A stretch of 64,000 nucleotides of DNA from an uncultured Gammaproteobacteria bacterium. GTDB taxonomy: Bacteria; Patescibacteriota; Microgenomatia; UBA8517. The stretch covers positions 3,256 to 67,255 of the forward strand of contig CAZYCE010000002.1 of the NCBI GenBank assembly GCA_964645605.1, in the 5' to 3' direction. The notes beneath the pieces are model-generated. The model worked only from the letters and a program-made list of their open reading frames with translations. It was not told where the DNA came from and did no database searches. Position numbers and translations under genes: made by a program. Positions 19,773 to 30,107 of the stretch are shown here, piece by piece; within the stretch, counting starts at the first letter, position 1; every line of letters begins with the position of its first letter.

Positions 19773-20141
19773 TCATTTATCTTTTTTGGCTCCACTCTTT
19801 ATTCTGCTACCAGCTTTCTTAAAAATCATCTCAATTTCCGTTGGAGCCTTGCTTCTGGTAAAGTAAAGTTTTGATCTTTTAACTCCCTCTGTACCTCTTT
19901 TAACTACAGTAATTCTATCGATTGTAGGAAGATTAACAGGAAAAATACGCTCAATCCCGACTCCCGCCTCACCGATTCTTCGAACCAAGAAGGTCTTTCC
20001 GGGTTCTCGCCCCTTTATGGCAATAACCATTCCTTCGAAGATTGCTTCACGATTTTTATCCCCGTCTTTAATTCTTTGGACGACACGAACTCGGTCGCCA
20101 ACACCAAATTGCGTATCTTTAATTGAGATTTTTAGTGCCAT
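19773..20141 (-). CDS. rplS: 50S ribosomal protein L19
   Basis: The protein is 122 aa. It carries FGVGDRVRVVQRIKDGDKNREAIFEGMVIAIKGREPGKTFLVRRIGEAGVGIERIFPVNLPTIDRITVVKRG, which matches the L19 family pattern. Confidence 0.9.
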   Translation of the reverse strand: MALKISIKDTQFGVGDRVRVVQRIKDGDKNREAIFEGMVIAIKGREPGKTFLVRRIGEAGVGIERIFPVNLPTIDRITVVKRGTEGVKRSKLYFTRSKAPTEIEMIFKKAGSRIKSGAKKDK

Positions 20142-20174
20142 AGTGGAACATTGTACTAGAAATGGCCTACATCT

Positions 20175-23100
20175 TCAAGAAGACTTATTCTCGAGGATAT
20201 CGCCGATCTTCTGGGCAAGATTTTCGTCCCAATTAATTTTAAAGGGAAGCTTCACTTTCCTCCCGTCTTCAAAGACCAGAAATGCGTCGTGATTTCCAAG
20301 ATTTTCGATAAGAAAAGCTTTTAACCTTTTAAGTGAATTAACATCTGTCTCTTTCGAAACATTAATATATACTTCTCTCTGCTTTTTATCGCCTGCGCCT
20401 GTGATCGTCTCTATCGAGTCTACAATAATTCCGGGAGTCTCATCACGTATATCGACTTTACCTAACACTAAAAGAGGACGGCCCTCATTCCAAAAATCCC
20501 GAGTATCTTTAAATATCTTTGGGAAAACTACTACCTCGATAGTGCCGGTTCCATCATCAAGCTTTGCAAAGGCCATCTCGGCTCCAGATTTTTTTGTGGT
20601 AATTACACGTACCGCCGTAACAACCGCAGCAACTTTAACAGTACCTGTATGTACCTCGGAAGTTATTATTTCATTTATATTATGGGTAGATTGAAACTCG
20701 AGAGACCCTATTATTTCACTAATGGGCTTTGCGCTAAGAGAAAAGCCCATTAGTTGTCTTTCAAGTGATTCGAGTTCATCATCGGGAAATTCATCGATGT
20801 TTGCAACGGTTACAACGGTTGCAGCTTCAGTTTTTTTCAATTCACCCGTAGCAAAAAGGCCCTGTTGGGAATTGTTGCTCTTTGGTTTAGCCATCTTTTC
20901 CCTTACCGTATCCATGGCGGAGAGAAGTGCGGCTCTCTTTCCAAAACGAGACATGGCACCAACCTTAATCAGACTTTCTAATACTTTTTTATTAATTTTT
21001 CGATTATCGACTCTTCCAACAAAATCGGCAAAGGATTCAAAGTTTCCATCCGCTCGGGACGACAAAATTGAAGAAATAGCAGCTTCTCCCACATTTTTGA
21101 TTGCCGAAAGGCCAAACCGTATCGCCTTGCCTCCACGGGAACCTTCAACTTTTTCTATTGTGAACCCAATATCAGATTTATTAATATCGGGTGGTAGAAC
21201 TTTAATTTTCATACGTCTACATTCATTTATTGCAGCGGAGACCTTGTCTTTATCTCCGGATTCGGCAGTAAGAAGAGCTGTCATATATTCAACGGGGTAA
21301 TTCGCCTTCATATATGCCGTTTGGTAGGCAATCATTCCATAGCTTGCGGCATGGGCTTTATTAAAACCATAAGACTGAAAAGGCTCAAACAACTTCCATA
21401 ATTTTTCTGCAAATTCAGAAGTCTGACCATTTGAAATAATACCCTTAATAAACTTTTCCTTCTGGGCAGCCATTTCTTCCGGAATCTTCTTACCAACAGC
21501 TTTTCTAAATTTATCGGCTTCCTCCCAAGTATACCCGGCCAGGTCCAGCGCACAGAACAGGAGATCGTCCTGATAAACAATTAGTCCGTAAGACATTCCC
21601 AAAAATTTTTCCATCCTGGGATCAAGATATTTAACAAGTTTTGGATTATGTTTCCTTTTGATATATTCCGGAATCTGAGAGATCGGACCCGGTCGGTAAA
21701 GGGCCACCATAGCCATCAAATCCTCTATTCTGGTTGGTTTTAGCTCAACCAGGTATTTAGTCATTCCACCACTCGCAAACTGAAAAACGCCCATTGTTTC
21801 ACCAAGTGCAAGCATCTCAAATGTCTTTTTATCATCGAGTGGAATATTGCGAAGGTCTACTTTAATTCCAAACTGATTTTGCACGATATCCACAGCTGCG
21901 CCCAAGATTGACAAATTTCTTATTCCGAGGATGTCAAACTTGATCAATCCAACATCTTCACATGCATGCATTTCATATTGAGTAATTATCTTATCTCCGG
22001 AGGGTTCTTTTTGTACCGGCGAAAAATCAATAATTTCAGTCGGTGCAACCACAACCCCCGCTGCGTGAACAGAGACGTGTCTTGCATTGCCTTCAATTTG
22101 TAACGCTAAGTCAAGAATTTTTTTGGTATCGGGGTCTGTGTCGTACATGGTTCTGAGTTCGGGAACCTCCTCCAAAGCTTTATCTATTGTTATTGGAAAA
22201 CCCTGTCTGGGGGGAGGAATAATTTTGGCAATTTTATCTCCAATCGAGTAGGGATAACCCAACACTCTTGCAACATCTCTAACCGCAGCACGACTTAGCA
22301 TTCTCCCAAACGTGCAAATTTGGGCTACTTTTTCTTTCCCGTACGTCTTGGTGATATAGCCGATTATATCCTCTCTTCTGTCATCGGCGACATCAAAGTC
22401 AATATCGGGCGGGGATGGTCTATATGGATTTAAGAACCTTTCAAAAGGTAAATAATATTTAAGCGGGTTAACGGTAGTGATATTCAAAACATAGGAAACT
22501 AAACTTCCTGCCGCAGATCCTCTGGTGTTTGTAATGATTCCCTGATTATTGGCCCAATGTACTATCCCTCGGACAATTAAAAAGTAAGGTGCATAACCCT
22601 TTTTGCAGATAATATCCAGCTCATATTCAAGTCGGTCTTGAGCTTCTTTTCCCCCATCCGGTATTTTAACCAACAATCCTTCTCTGGCAAGCCTTCTAAG
22701 CTCCTGATCAGCTTTTACACCCTCAGGAAGATCAAAATTTGGGAAAAACCACTTTCCTAAAGTAATTTCCAAGTTGCACTTGTCCGCAATTTTTACGGTA
22801 TTTTCTAATGCATCCGGTGTTTCTAAAAAGAGTTTTTCCATTTCGCCGGGAGTCCTAATATAAAAAGTGGGGGCATCGATGTATCTCATCCTTTTGGTGT
22901 CATTCATTGTTTTACCAGTTGAGATGCAAACAAGAGCATCTTGTGCGAGAGCGTCCTCAGGTTTTATGTAGTGTGCGTCGTTTGTAGCAATGAGTGGAAT
23001 TCCAAAGTCCCTGCTCAATTTGGTAATACCTTTAATCCACTTTTCCTCAGAGTCTTTCATTTCGGTAAGATACGTTTTTACCTCTTGATCGACAGCCTTA

Positions 23101-23651
23101 TCAATCCATTTTTCATACTCGTGCTTTTGTATTTCTAAGTAATAATCATCTTTGAAAACATCAGCGTACCAGGAAGTAATTTTTTTTGCTTCTTCAAGAT
23201 TTTGACCAAGAATGGCTTGACCAACTTCACCCATTGGACAGGCAGATGTGCAAATTATCCCCTTGGAATATTTTTTTAGAAGCTCTCTGTCCATTCGAGG
23301 TTTGTAGTAATAGCCATCAAGTTGTGCAAAAGAGGAAAGTTTCATCAGGTTTTGATAGCCTTCGTGATTTTTTGCAAGAAGAATGACATGGTAATTTTTA
23401 ATCTGTCCCCTTGATGGTCTGTCCAATAAGCTGCCGGAAGTAATATATCCTTCCATGCCAACAATAGGCTTAATTCCTTGTTTCAAAGCTTCTTTATAAA
23501 ATTCCACTCCTCCGTACATAACCCCATGATCTGTTATAGCCAATGCTTCCATACCATTTTCTTTAACATAAGTAATGAGCTTTGGAATATTGCTCAAGCC
23601 ATCAAGAAGCGAATATTCCGTGTGAACATGAAGATGAACAAATTTAGACAT
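20175..23651 (-). CDS. dnaE: DNA polymerase III alpha subunit (DnaE)
   Basis: The protein is 1158 aa. It has an N-terminal PHP domain (FVHLHVHTEYSLLDG), a Pol III alpha core and a C-terminal OB-fold. Confidence 0.95.
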   Translation of the reverse strand: MSKFVHLHVHTEYSLLDGLSNIPKLITYVKENGMEALAITDHGVMYGGVEFYKEALKQGIKPIVGMEGYITSGSLLDRPSRGQIKNYHVILLAKNHEGYQNLMKLSSFAQLDGYYYKPRMDRELLKKYSKGIICTSACPMGEVGQAILGQNLEEAKKITSWYADVFKDDYYLEIQKHEYEKWIDKAVDQEVKTYLTEMKDSEEKWIKGITKLSRDFGIPLIATNDAHYIKPEDALAQDALVCISTGKTMNDTKRMRYIDAPTFYIRTPGEMEKLFLETPDALENTVKIADKCNLEITLGKWFFPNFDLPEGVKADQELRRLAREGLLVKIPDGGKEAQDRLEYELDIICKKGYAPYFLIVRGIVHWANNQGIITNTRGSAAGSLVSYVLNITTVNPLKYYLPFERFLNPYRPSPPDIDFDVADDRREDIIGYITKTYGKEKVAQICTFGRMLSRAAVRDVARVLGYPYSIGDKIAKIIPPPRQGFPITIDKALEEVPELRTMYDTDPDTKKILDLALQIEGNARHVSVHAAGVVVAPTEIIDFSPVQKEPSGDKIITQYEMHACEDVGLIKFDILGIRNLSILGAAVDIVQNQFGIKVDLRNIPLDDKKTFEMLALGETMGVFQFASGGMTKYLVELKPTRIEDLMAMVALYRPGPISQIPEYIKRKHNPKLVKYLDPRMEKFLGMSYGLIVYQDDLLFCALDLAGYTWEEADKFRKAVGKKIPEEMAAQKEKFIKGIISNGQTSEFAEKLWKLFEPFQSYGFNKAHAASYGMIAYQTAYMKANYPVEYMTALLTAESGDKDKVSAAINECRRMKIKVLPPDINKSDIGFTIEKVEGSRGGKAIRFGLSAIKNVGEAAISSILSSRADGNFESFADFVGRVDNRKINKKVLESLIKVGAMSRFGKRAALLSAMDTVREKMAKPKSNNSQQGLFATGELKKTEAATVVTVANIDEFPDDELESLERQLMGFSLSAKPISEIIGSLEFQSTHNINEIITSEVHTGTVKVAAVVTAVRVITTKKSGAEMAFAKLDDGTGTIEVVVFPKIFKDTRDFWNEGRPLLVLGKVDIRDETPGIIVDSIETITGAGDKKQREVYINVSKETDVNSLKRLKAFLIENLGNHDAFLVFEDGRKVKLPFKINWDENLAQKIGDILENKSS

Positions 23652-24258
23652 TTTGTTTTTCCTTTATAAAATCCCGTCCAACTTTTCTGGCGGCTTTATC
23701 AAGTTTCATATTTTTCTCTGCCTTATCCAATGTATCTTCTAGACTATCCCCTATGTTGTGCTTACTAATGCCGATGCTGACTGATATACCCCCATCAGCC
23801 AAATTAGAAATAATTCTTTGAGTAAAATCTTCAACAAAGGTGTCTCTCTTAGTTCCATCCCCTGTGACCTCCAACGCACCCGCAAATTCATCCCCACCTA
23901 TCCTTCCCAGAAGATCGGTGCTTCTTAATGTTGACTTCAGAAGCGAACTTCCACGGCGTAAGAGTTCGTTTCCCGCAGAATGTCCCATTTCGTCATTTGT
24001 TTTTTTGAGATCGTCAAAATCAAAAAAACAAACATAAATTTCTGAATTTCTTCTCTGGGAAGCCTTAGTGAGAATTTCAAATTGTTTTTCAAATTCCTCT
24101 TTGTTTACAAGGCCGGTTAGAGCATCTCTTGTAGCTCTATTCTCAAAATCTGAAATTATTTCTGCTATTTCGGAGACGGTTTTGCCTTCAATTTCCCTGC
24201 TCCAGTACTCTTTCCTATCTGAAAAACCATGTTCGAGTGTGGGCGTTGTTTCTGTCAT
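23644..24258 (-). CDS. Stand-alone GGDEF-domain protein (putative diguanylate cyclase)
   Basis: It has an intact RIGGDEFAG active site and a GGDEF fold ([14 protein letters not shown]...). There is no N-terminal sensor domain. Its stop overlaps the dnaE start by 8 nt. Confidence 0.8.
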   Translation of the reverse strand: MTETTPTLEHGFSDRKEYWSREIEGKTVSEIAEIISDFENRATRDALTGLVNKEEFEKQFEILTKASQRRNSEIYVCFFDFDDLKKTNDEMGHSAGNELLRRGSSLLKSTLRSTDLLGRIGGDEFAGALEVTGDGTKRDTFVEDFTQRIISNLADGGISVSIGISKHNIGDSLEDTLDKAEKNMKLDKAARKVGRDFIKEKQNV

Positions 24259-25559
24259 TTTTGTAATTCTTCAAGTATTTTTCTGCTGACCATGCTTGGG
24301 CTGCCTTTCCCGTTCAGTTTCTTTTGTACCATACCCATCAAAAATCCTACAACCTCTCCTTTGCCGTTCTTGTAATCAGTGACTGCTTTTTTCTGCTCTC
24401 CGATAACCTCCAAAACCGCCACCAATGTGTCAGCGTCTGAAGCATACTCAACTTTTGTTAATTCGATAATTTTTCTGACAAAACTTCCAGGTTCAGGGAA
24501 CCCCGCATCCAGTTTCTTATTAATCATCAAATCCGCGATCATTTTAGCGGATAATCCCGATTCTTTTCCGAGCTTAACCGACGTCTCAAAGTAATCAGAT
24601 CGGGACATATCACTCACAAATATTTCAACATAGTCATTGGGTAATCCGTAGTCCTCGAGAAACCTAGTTCTCTTTTCCCGGGGAAGCTCCGGAAGGGTGT
24701 TTTTAATTTTATCTATTTCCTCGTCGGTAAATTTCATTGGAGGCAAATCGGGTTCAGGAAAATATCTATAATCTTTAGCGCCCTCCTTGCTTCGCTGTAA
24801 ATAAGTTACTTGTTTTATCTCGTCATAACCGCGAGTTTGGGATTCTATCTTTCCGCCCCTGGAAAGAATTTCTTCTTGTCTTTTAATTTCTGCATTAATT
24901 GCCTTCTCCAAAAACCTAAATGAGTTAATATTTTTAAGCTCAACTTTGTAATCGGGAAGCTTTCCGTCTGGCGAAAGAGATATGTTTGCCTCCAATCTCA
25001 TGGACCCTTTTTCCATATCCGCGTTGCTGATTTTCAAATATCTGGCAACCATTTGAACTTCTTTCAAAAACCTAATAATAGAAATTGTGTCATGAAAGTC
25101 TGGTTCAGTAACCATTTCCATCAAAGGAACCGAACTTCTGTTAAAGTCTATTAGTGATGATTTATCTCCTTCGATTGTCTCATGGACAAGTTTCCCCGTA
25201 TCTTCCTCCAAATGTATCCTTGTGATCCTTTTATCTTCAAACATACCTCCAACACAAAGGGGTAAATCATATTGGGAAATCTGGTAACCTTTGGGTAAGT
25301 CGGGATAAAAATAATGTTTTCTATCAAATTTGCTAGAATTATTAATTTTTGATCCGAACGCTAAACCGAATAGAATGGTACTTTTTACAGCTCTCTTGTT
25401 AATATAGGGAAGTGCTCCGGGCAATCCCATGCATACAGGACAAACTTGAGTATTGGGAACTTTTCCAAAATGATCGGCCGGACAGGAGCAAAACATTTTG
25501 CTTTCAGTGGATAGCTCAATATGTATTTCAAGACCGATTATCGGAATGTGTTTATTCAT
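24255..25559 (-). CDS. gatB: Asp-tRNA(Asn)/Glu-tRNA(Gln) amidotransferase subunit B
   Basis: The N-terminus [22 protein letters not shown] is the canonical GatB start. A C-terminal YqeY-like domain is present. Confidence 0.85.
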   Translation of the reverse strand: MNKHIPIIGLEIHIELSTESKMFCSCPADHFGKVPNTQVCPVCMGLPGALPYINKRAVKSTILFGLAFGSKINNSSKFDRKHYFYPDLPKGYQISQYDLPLCVGGMFEDKRITRIHLEEDTGKLVHETIEGDKSSLIDFNRSSVPLMEMVTEPDFHDTISIIRFLKEVQMVARYLKISNADMEKGSMRLEANISLSPDGKLPDYKVELKNINSFRFLEKAINAEIKRQEEILSRGGKIESQTRGYDEIKQVTYLQRSKEGAKDYRYFPEPDLPPMKFTDEEIDKIKNTLPELPREKRTRFLEDYGLPNDYVEIFVSDMSRSDYFETSVKLGKESGLSAKMIADLMINKKLDAGFPEPGSFVRKIIELTKVEYASDADTLVAVLEVIGEQKKAVTDYKNGKGEVVGFLMGMVQKKLNGKGSPSMVSRKILEELQK

Positions 25560-25568
25560 GGCACAATT

Positions 25569-26813
25569 CTAACCCATCAGAAAATTATTCCCAAATTTTT
25601 TTGAGAGCATATACACTCCCAAAACAAAAATTGATATTAAAAGTAGCAGTGATTTAATCCCCAAAATTTCTACCATAGAACCTGAAAATACAACCGGAAT
25701 AACCGAGACCACCGTTACCATAAAAGTGAAATTTCCAAAAACACGACCTCTCAGTCCTTCTGGGGTAGATTCTTGTAAAAAAGTCTGTGAAGGCACTAAA
25801 ATTCCCACAAAACTAAACCCCATAGCCATGATTAGCAAAGATGAGAAAACCACGCGAAGGGTATAGGAAAATAATGGGGTCAAAAACGTCAAAAGAAGCA
25901 TAGATATACCTATTGCCAAAAGTGAAGTGTCAATTATTGTCTTTTTCCTAAAACCGCGCTTAATTTTTTTAGGAAGAGACAGTGTGCCAAGAATAGCCCC
26001 TATTCCTGCTGGAACCAATATGAAAACACTGGCGGCATTGAGAGGAATTCCCAAAATGTTTTTAGCCAGAATAGGAAACTGCACAATAATTACCTGCAGG
26101 GCTACCTGAAAGCCCATCAAAAGTAGCACAGGCGTTAAAACTTTTCTTTCATTTTTAATAAATTTATAACCTTCAAAAATATGTTTAAAGAAACTGAGAA
26201 CCGCTTCCTCAAATTTACCGGATATTAATTTTTGAGGTTTAAACCTCGGTAAAAACAGGGTACTTAGAGAGGCAACAAATAGAAAAATTGAACATAAAAA
26301 CAAAGTGTTTCTGAAACCTAAGAATGTGTTCAAAAATCCGGCCAGCCCGAAACCCAAAACCAGTGAACCCTGCTGGGTAATAAAAAACAAGCTATTTCCA
26401 TGAATCAATTCTTTTTTGTTTAAAACCGCAGGTAGAGTTGATGTTTCGGAAGGAACATAAAACTGATTCAGGAATGAATAGATAAAAGCAACCCCGTAAA
26501 GCAGGAAAGTGCTTGAATTGAAGGCCAGGGCGTAGAGTAAAATCGTTAAAGACTGAAGTAAGTTTGTAAAAACCAAAATTAGTTTCTTGTCAACAAGATC
26601 GATAAGACCCGAAGCAAAAGGTCCGATTAAAATTGCGGGCATTGCATATGCCACCCATAAAAGCGAAGTAGAAATAGCCGATCCTGTAATCTCATAAAGC
26701 CTGATCAGAATCACGAAATTCATCATGTTTATTGTCAGCTGTGAAAAAATTTGCGAGATCCATATATAAACAAAAGATCTATTTTTTATTATTGATTGAT
26801 ATTCAAGTAACAT
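25569..26813 (-). CDS. MFS-type transporter
   Basis: It is a 414-aa polytopic protein with about 12 predicted transmembrane helices. It sits between gatA and gatB. Confidence 0.65.
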   Translation of the reverse strand: MLLEYQSIIKNRSFVYIWISQIFSQLTINMMNFVILIRLYEITGSAISTSLLWVAYAMPAILIGPFASGLIDLVDKKLILVFTNLLQSLTILLYALAFNSSTFLLYGVAFIYSFLNQFYVPSETSTLPAVLNKKELIHGNSLFFITQQGSLVLGFGLAGFLNTFLGFRNTLFLCSIFLFVASLSTLFLPRFKPQKLISGKFEEAVLSFFKHIFEGYKFIKNERKVLTPVLLLMGFQVALQVIIVQFPILAKNILGIPLNAASVFILVPAGIGAILGTLSLPKKIKRGFRKKTIIDTSLLAIGISMLLLTFLTPLFSYTLRVVFSSLLIMAMGFSFVGILVPSQTFLQESTPEGLRGRVFGNFTFMVTVVSVIPVVFSGSMVEILGIKSLLLLISIFVLGVYMLSKKFGNNFLMG

Positions 26814-26816
26814 ATT

Positions 26817-28220
26817 TCAAAGATTGGGTAAGGTTGGTTTGTAGCCGGTTTCCTCCTCAAAAAGATTACCTAAACCGAAAAGTATAGGTTCGGAATACTT
26901 GGGGCCTAAAAGCTGAAATCCGAGAGGGAGACCTTCCTTACTAAACCCGGCCGGAATTGCAAGTCCGGGAATGCCTGCTAAATTTGCCGGTGCAGTAAAA
27001 ATATCTGCCAAATACATTTTAAGAGGATCTGACGTTTTTTCTCCTAGTTTGAAGGCGGGGTTTGGGGAAACGGGTGCCAAGATTGTATCAACTTTCTCAA
27101 AAGCGTTATCAAAATCTTCAATTATTTTCGATCTTACTTTTTGTGCCTTTAGGTAATAGGCGTCGTAATATCCGGCTGAGAGAACATAAGTGCCCAACAT
27201 TATTCTTCTTTTCGCCTCTGCACCAAAGTTGGGCCTACCCTCCCCGTACCTAATTCCATCATATCTGCCCAGATTTGAGGATACTTCAGCCGGCTGAACA
27301 ATATAATAAACAGAAATGGCATATTTGGTATGAGGAAGATTAATCTCAACAAGTTCCATTCCGGCTTTTTCAAAAACTTTTGATACCTCTATCACTTTTT
27401 CGGAAACCTCTTTGTCAACTCCGTCAACAAAATATTCCTTAGGTATTCCTATTTTCATTCTAGATTTAACTGTCTTAAATTCCGGGTTTATAAGCGTGCT
27501 GTCCAAACCGTCTTCTCCTTTTGTAACATTAAAAACCGTTTCAACATCGGAAACGGACCTTCCAAAACTTCCGACACAGTCTAAAGATGAAGCCATCGCA
27601 ATTACTCCATATCTTGAAACCACACCATAGGTAGGTTTGAGCCCTACCACTCCACAAAAATTTGAAGGCTGTCTTATTGAGCCACCCGTGTCGGTTCCCG
27701 TAGCCACTAAAGAAAGTCCTGCAGCAACAGAGGCTGCCGAACCGCTACTGGACCCTCCCGGAACATAACCTTTTTTCCAGGGGTTTTTGGTTGAACCAAA
27801 ATCCGAATTCTCGCCACTTGCGCCATGAGCCCATGCGTCACAGTTTGTTTTACCAATCGTAATTCCTCCAGCTTCATTCATTCGCTTAACAACCGTTCCT
27901 GAATAAACCGGAACATAGCTCTCAAGAACTTTTGACCCAGCAGTTGTTCTCACTCCTTTAGTCAAAAACAAGTCCTTATGGGCAATTGTGGCACCAAGAA
28001 GAGGATACTTTTTCTCAATATCCGACCCTGTTAGCGAAATTAATTTATCAATCTCACCTGCTTTTTGGTAAGCCTCCTCGTCACTTATGGTAATAAAAAC
28101 ATTTAGATCTTTATTTGCTTCAATCCATCCAAGATATTCGTCAACGAGTTCGGTTGCGGAAAATTTCTTATTGATAAGTCCGTCACGTGTCTCTCTTATA
28201 GTCAGCGGAGTATTTGTCAT
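26817..28220 (-). CDS. gatA: Glutamyl-tRNA(Gln) amidotransferase subunit A (amidase)
   Basis: It has the amidase signature GGSSSGSAASVAAG, a catalytic Ser-cisSer-Lys arrangement and K at KDLFLTKG. Confidence 0.9.
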   Translation of the reverse strand: MTNTPLTIRETRDGLINKKFSATELVDEYLGWIEANKDLNVFITISDEEAYQKAGEIDKLISLTGSDIEKKYPLLGATIAHKDLFLTKGVRTTAGSKVLESYVPVYSGTVVKRMNEAGGITIGKTNCDAWAHGASGENSDFGSTKNPWKKGYVPGGSSSGSAASVAAGLSLVATGTDTGGSIRQPSNFCGVVGLKPTYGVVSRYGVIAMASSLDCVGSFGRSVSDVETVFNVTKGEDGLDSTLINPEFKTVKSRMKIGIPKEYFVDGVDKEVSEKVIEVSKVFEKAGMELVEINLPHTKYAISVYYIVQPAEVSSNLGRYDGIRYGEGRPNFGAEAKRRIMLGTYVLSAGYYDAYYLKAQKVRSKIIEDFDNAFEKVDTILAPVSPNPAFKLGEKTSDPLKMYLADIFTAPANLAGIPGLAIPAGFSKEGLPLGFQLLGPKYSEPILFGLGNLFEEETGYKPTLPNL

Positions 28221-28532
28221 TTATTTATCAGTCCTTCCTTCCAAAATAGCTTTAACTTTAAAATAGCCGTTGTAAATCTTGTCGCTACCCGAAAGCGACT
28301 CTTCTTGGGTTAACATGTTTTCACCATTAACCACATCAATTCTGTAGACGTCTTCCAGTCCGGTTGTCTGACTTGTGGGTTCAGTATTTTCTGTATTTAC
28401 TTCTGAAAGTTCACTAAAATGATTAAGCACGTTGGAAAGCTGGGGAGTAATTTTTTTTATTTCATCTTCGCTTAGGTCCAATTTCGCCAGTCGAGCAATA
28501 TGTAAAATCTCTTCCTTTGTTAGCTTTGCCAT
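28221..28532 (-). CDS. gatC: Glutamyl-tRNA(Gln) amidotransferase subunit C
   Basis: It is 103 aa with a LTKEEILHIARLAKLDLSEDEIKKITPQLSNVLNHFSEL GatC fold motif. Its start abuts the gatA stop. Confidence 0.8.
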   Translation of the reverse strand: MAKLTKEEILHIARLAKLDLSEDEIKKITPQLSNVLNHFSELSEVNTENTEPTSQTTGLEDVYRIDVVNGENMLTQEESLSGSDKIYNGYFKVKAILEGRTDK

Positions 28533-28575
28533 GTCTTAGGTAATAATATCGCCAAAGCATAATTTTAACAAGAAG

Positions 28576-29499
28576 TTAAGCCATCGTTTTTAAAACTTTT
28601 ATACGCTCAGGAATGGGGGGATGAGTATTAAATAAATTTGTCAGCCAGGAAACATTTTTTCCTTTAACTTTAAAGGGATTACTGATATAAAGATGTGCGG
28701 TTGCTTTATTCACTCCCCTGAGCGGTGTAGGATCTTCCGAAATCTTCTCTAAAGCAGAAATTAAACCCTGTGGTTGCCTTGTGATCTCAACCGAACCGGC
28801 ATCTGCCATAAATTCACGCCTGCGGCTTATGGCAAGCTGAATTAATGTTCCGACAATAGGTGAAAGAATTGCAAAAACAATCCCTAAAAGAAGAAGAATT
28901 GAAACGGCGTTTCCCTCCCTGTCGTCACGTCCCCTTCCCCAAAACATCGACCTGGTAAACCAGTCGGCTAAAAGAGTGACAAGTCCAATCATTACAGCAA
29001 CAACCGACATAAGCCTCGTATCAAAATTTTTGACATGAGTCATCTCGTGGGCGATCACTCCCTCCAGCTCAGTCCTGTTCAACTTTTCCAAAAGTCCGGT
29101 AGTTACACATACTGCGGCATGGGACGGATCCCGACCCGTTGCAAAAGCATTTGGTGAAGGATCGTTAACTACATATAATTTCGGCTTGGGAAGTCCTTGC
29201 CCAATGGCAATATTTTCGGCCACGGTATAAAAATCAAAATCCTGTCTTCTGTCAGCCGGGCGTGCCCCTGCAATACCTAAAATAATTTTATCGGAGTAGT
29301 AATAGCTAAAAAAACTTGAAATTCCGCTAACTATTAGAGCAATTCCCACATAGCCAAAGCCACCGGCTTGATACCCGGAATTGTAAGCAAGTGCGTTAAT
29401 GAGGATGTAAGTGGCCGCAAAAACAAAGGCTATAAATATAGCCACAATCAAGGAACTTTTAATTTTATTGGCGGTACGAACCTCGTAAATATTTTTCAC
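28576..29499 (-). CDS. htpX: Protease HtpX (M48 zinc metalloprotease)
   Basis: It has the HEMTHVKNFD HExxH motif and an N-terminal transmembrane region. Confidence 0.85.
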   Translation of the reverse strand: MKNIYEVRTANKIKSSLIVAIFIAFVFAATYILINALAYNSGYQAGGFGYVGIALIVSGISSFFSYYYSDKIILGIAGARPADRRQDFDFYTVAENIAIGQGLPKPKLYVVNDPSPNAFATGRDPSHAAVCVTTGLLEKLNRTELEGVIAHEMTHVKNFDTRLMSVVAVMIGLVTLLADWFTRSMFWGRGRDDREGNAVSILLLLGIVFAILSPIVGTLIQLAISRRREFMADAGSVEITRQPQGLISALEKISEDPTPLRGVNKATAHLYISNPFKVKGKNVSWLTNLFNTHPPIPERIKVLKTMA

Positions 29500-29519
29500 A
29501 ATATTCGAACAGGCTTTGC

Positions 29520-30107
29520 TTACAGGTTTACTTTCGGAGTTTTTGTCTCTGACTCCGCTACTTTCAGTTCAGGACCTCCCTGGGGAGTTTCTAAACCTTT
29601 CTGTTTTTCAAAACGGAATATTCCTGCAACAACACTACTTGGAAATGTAACCATTTTAACATTATAGTCGGCCGTCAAGTCAATCAAAAGTCGTCTGGCA
29701 TACATTACCTTGTCAGATGTGTCCCTAAGTTCTTCCATAAGATTTTTGACAACCTCACTGGCCTTGATTTCAGGGTTACTCTCGACAACTACCTGAATTT
29801 TAGGAAGTACGTCCGAAAGCATTTTGCCCGCATCAGCCATGTTTTTAATATCGCCCGATTCAACTGCTGAAGAAATAGCTTTCCTGGCACTTGTCAATTC
29901 ATCAAAAATTCCTTTTTCGTGTTTAAGATAGCCCTTTACCGAGGCTTCTAAATTTGGAATGAGTTCAGACTGTCTTTTGAGTTGATTTCCGATCTCCTGG
30001 ATAGAGGCACCGATTCTGGTTTTTGCACTTACAAAAAAGTTGTAAGTAGAAATTACCCACAAAACTAAAATAACTGCAATTGCTAAAAGAATATAAATTA
30101 AATTCAT
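29520..30107 (-). CDS. LemA family protein
   Basis: It has an N-terminal transmembrane helix followed by the LemA core (YNFFVSAKTRIGASIQEIGNQLKRQSELIPNL). LemA is a typical partner of HtpX-like proteases. Confidence 0.8.
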   Translation of the reverse strand: MNLIYILLAIAVILVLWVISTYNFFVSAKTRIGASIQEIGNQLKRQSELIPNLEASVKGYLKHEKGIFDELTSARKAISSAVESGDIKNMADAGKMLSDVLPKIQVVVESNPEIKASEVVKNLMEELRDTSDKVMYARRLLIDLTADYNVKMVTFPSSVVAGIFRFEKQKGLETPQGGPELKVAESETKTPKVNL

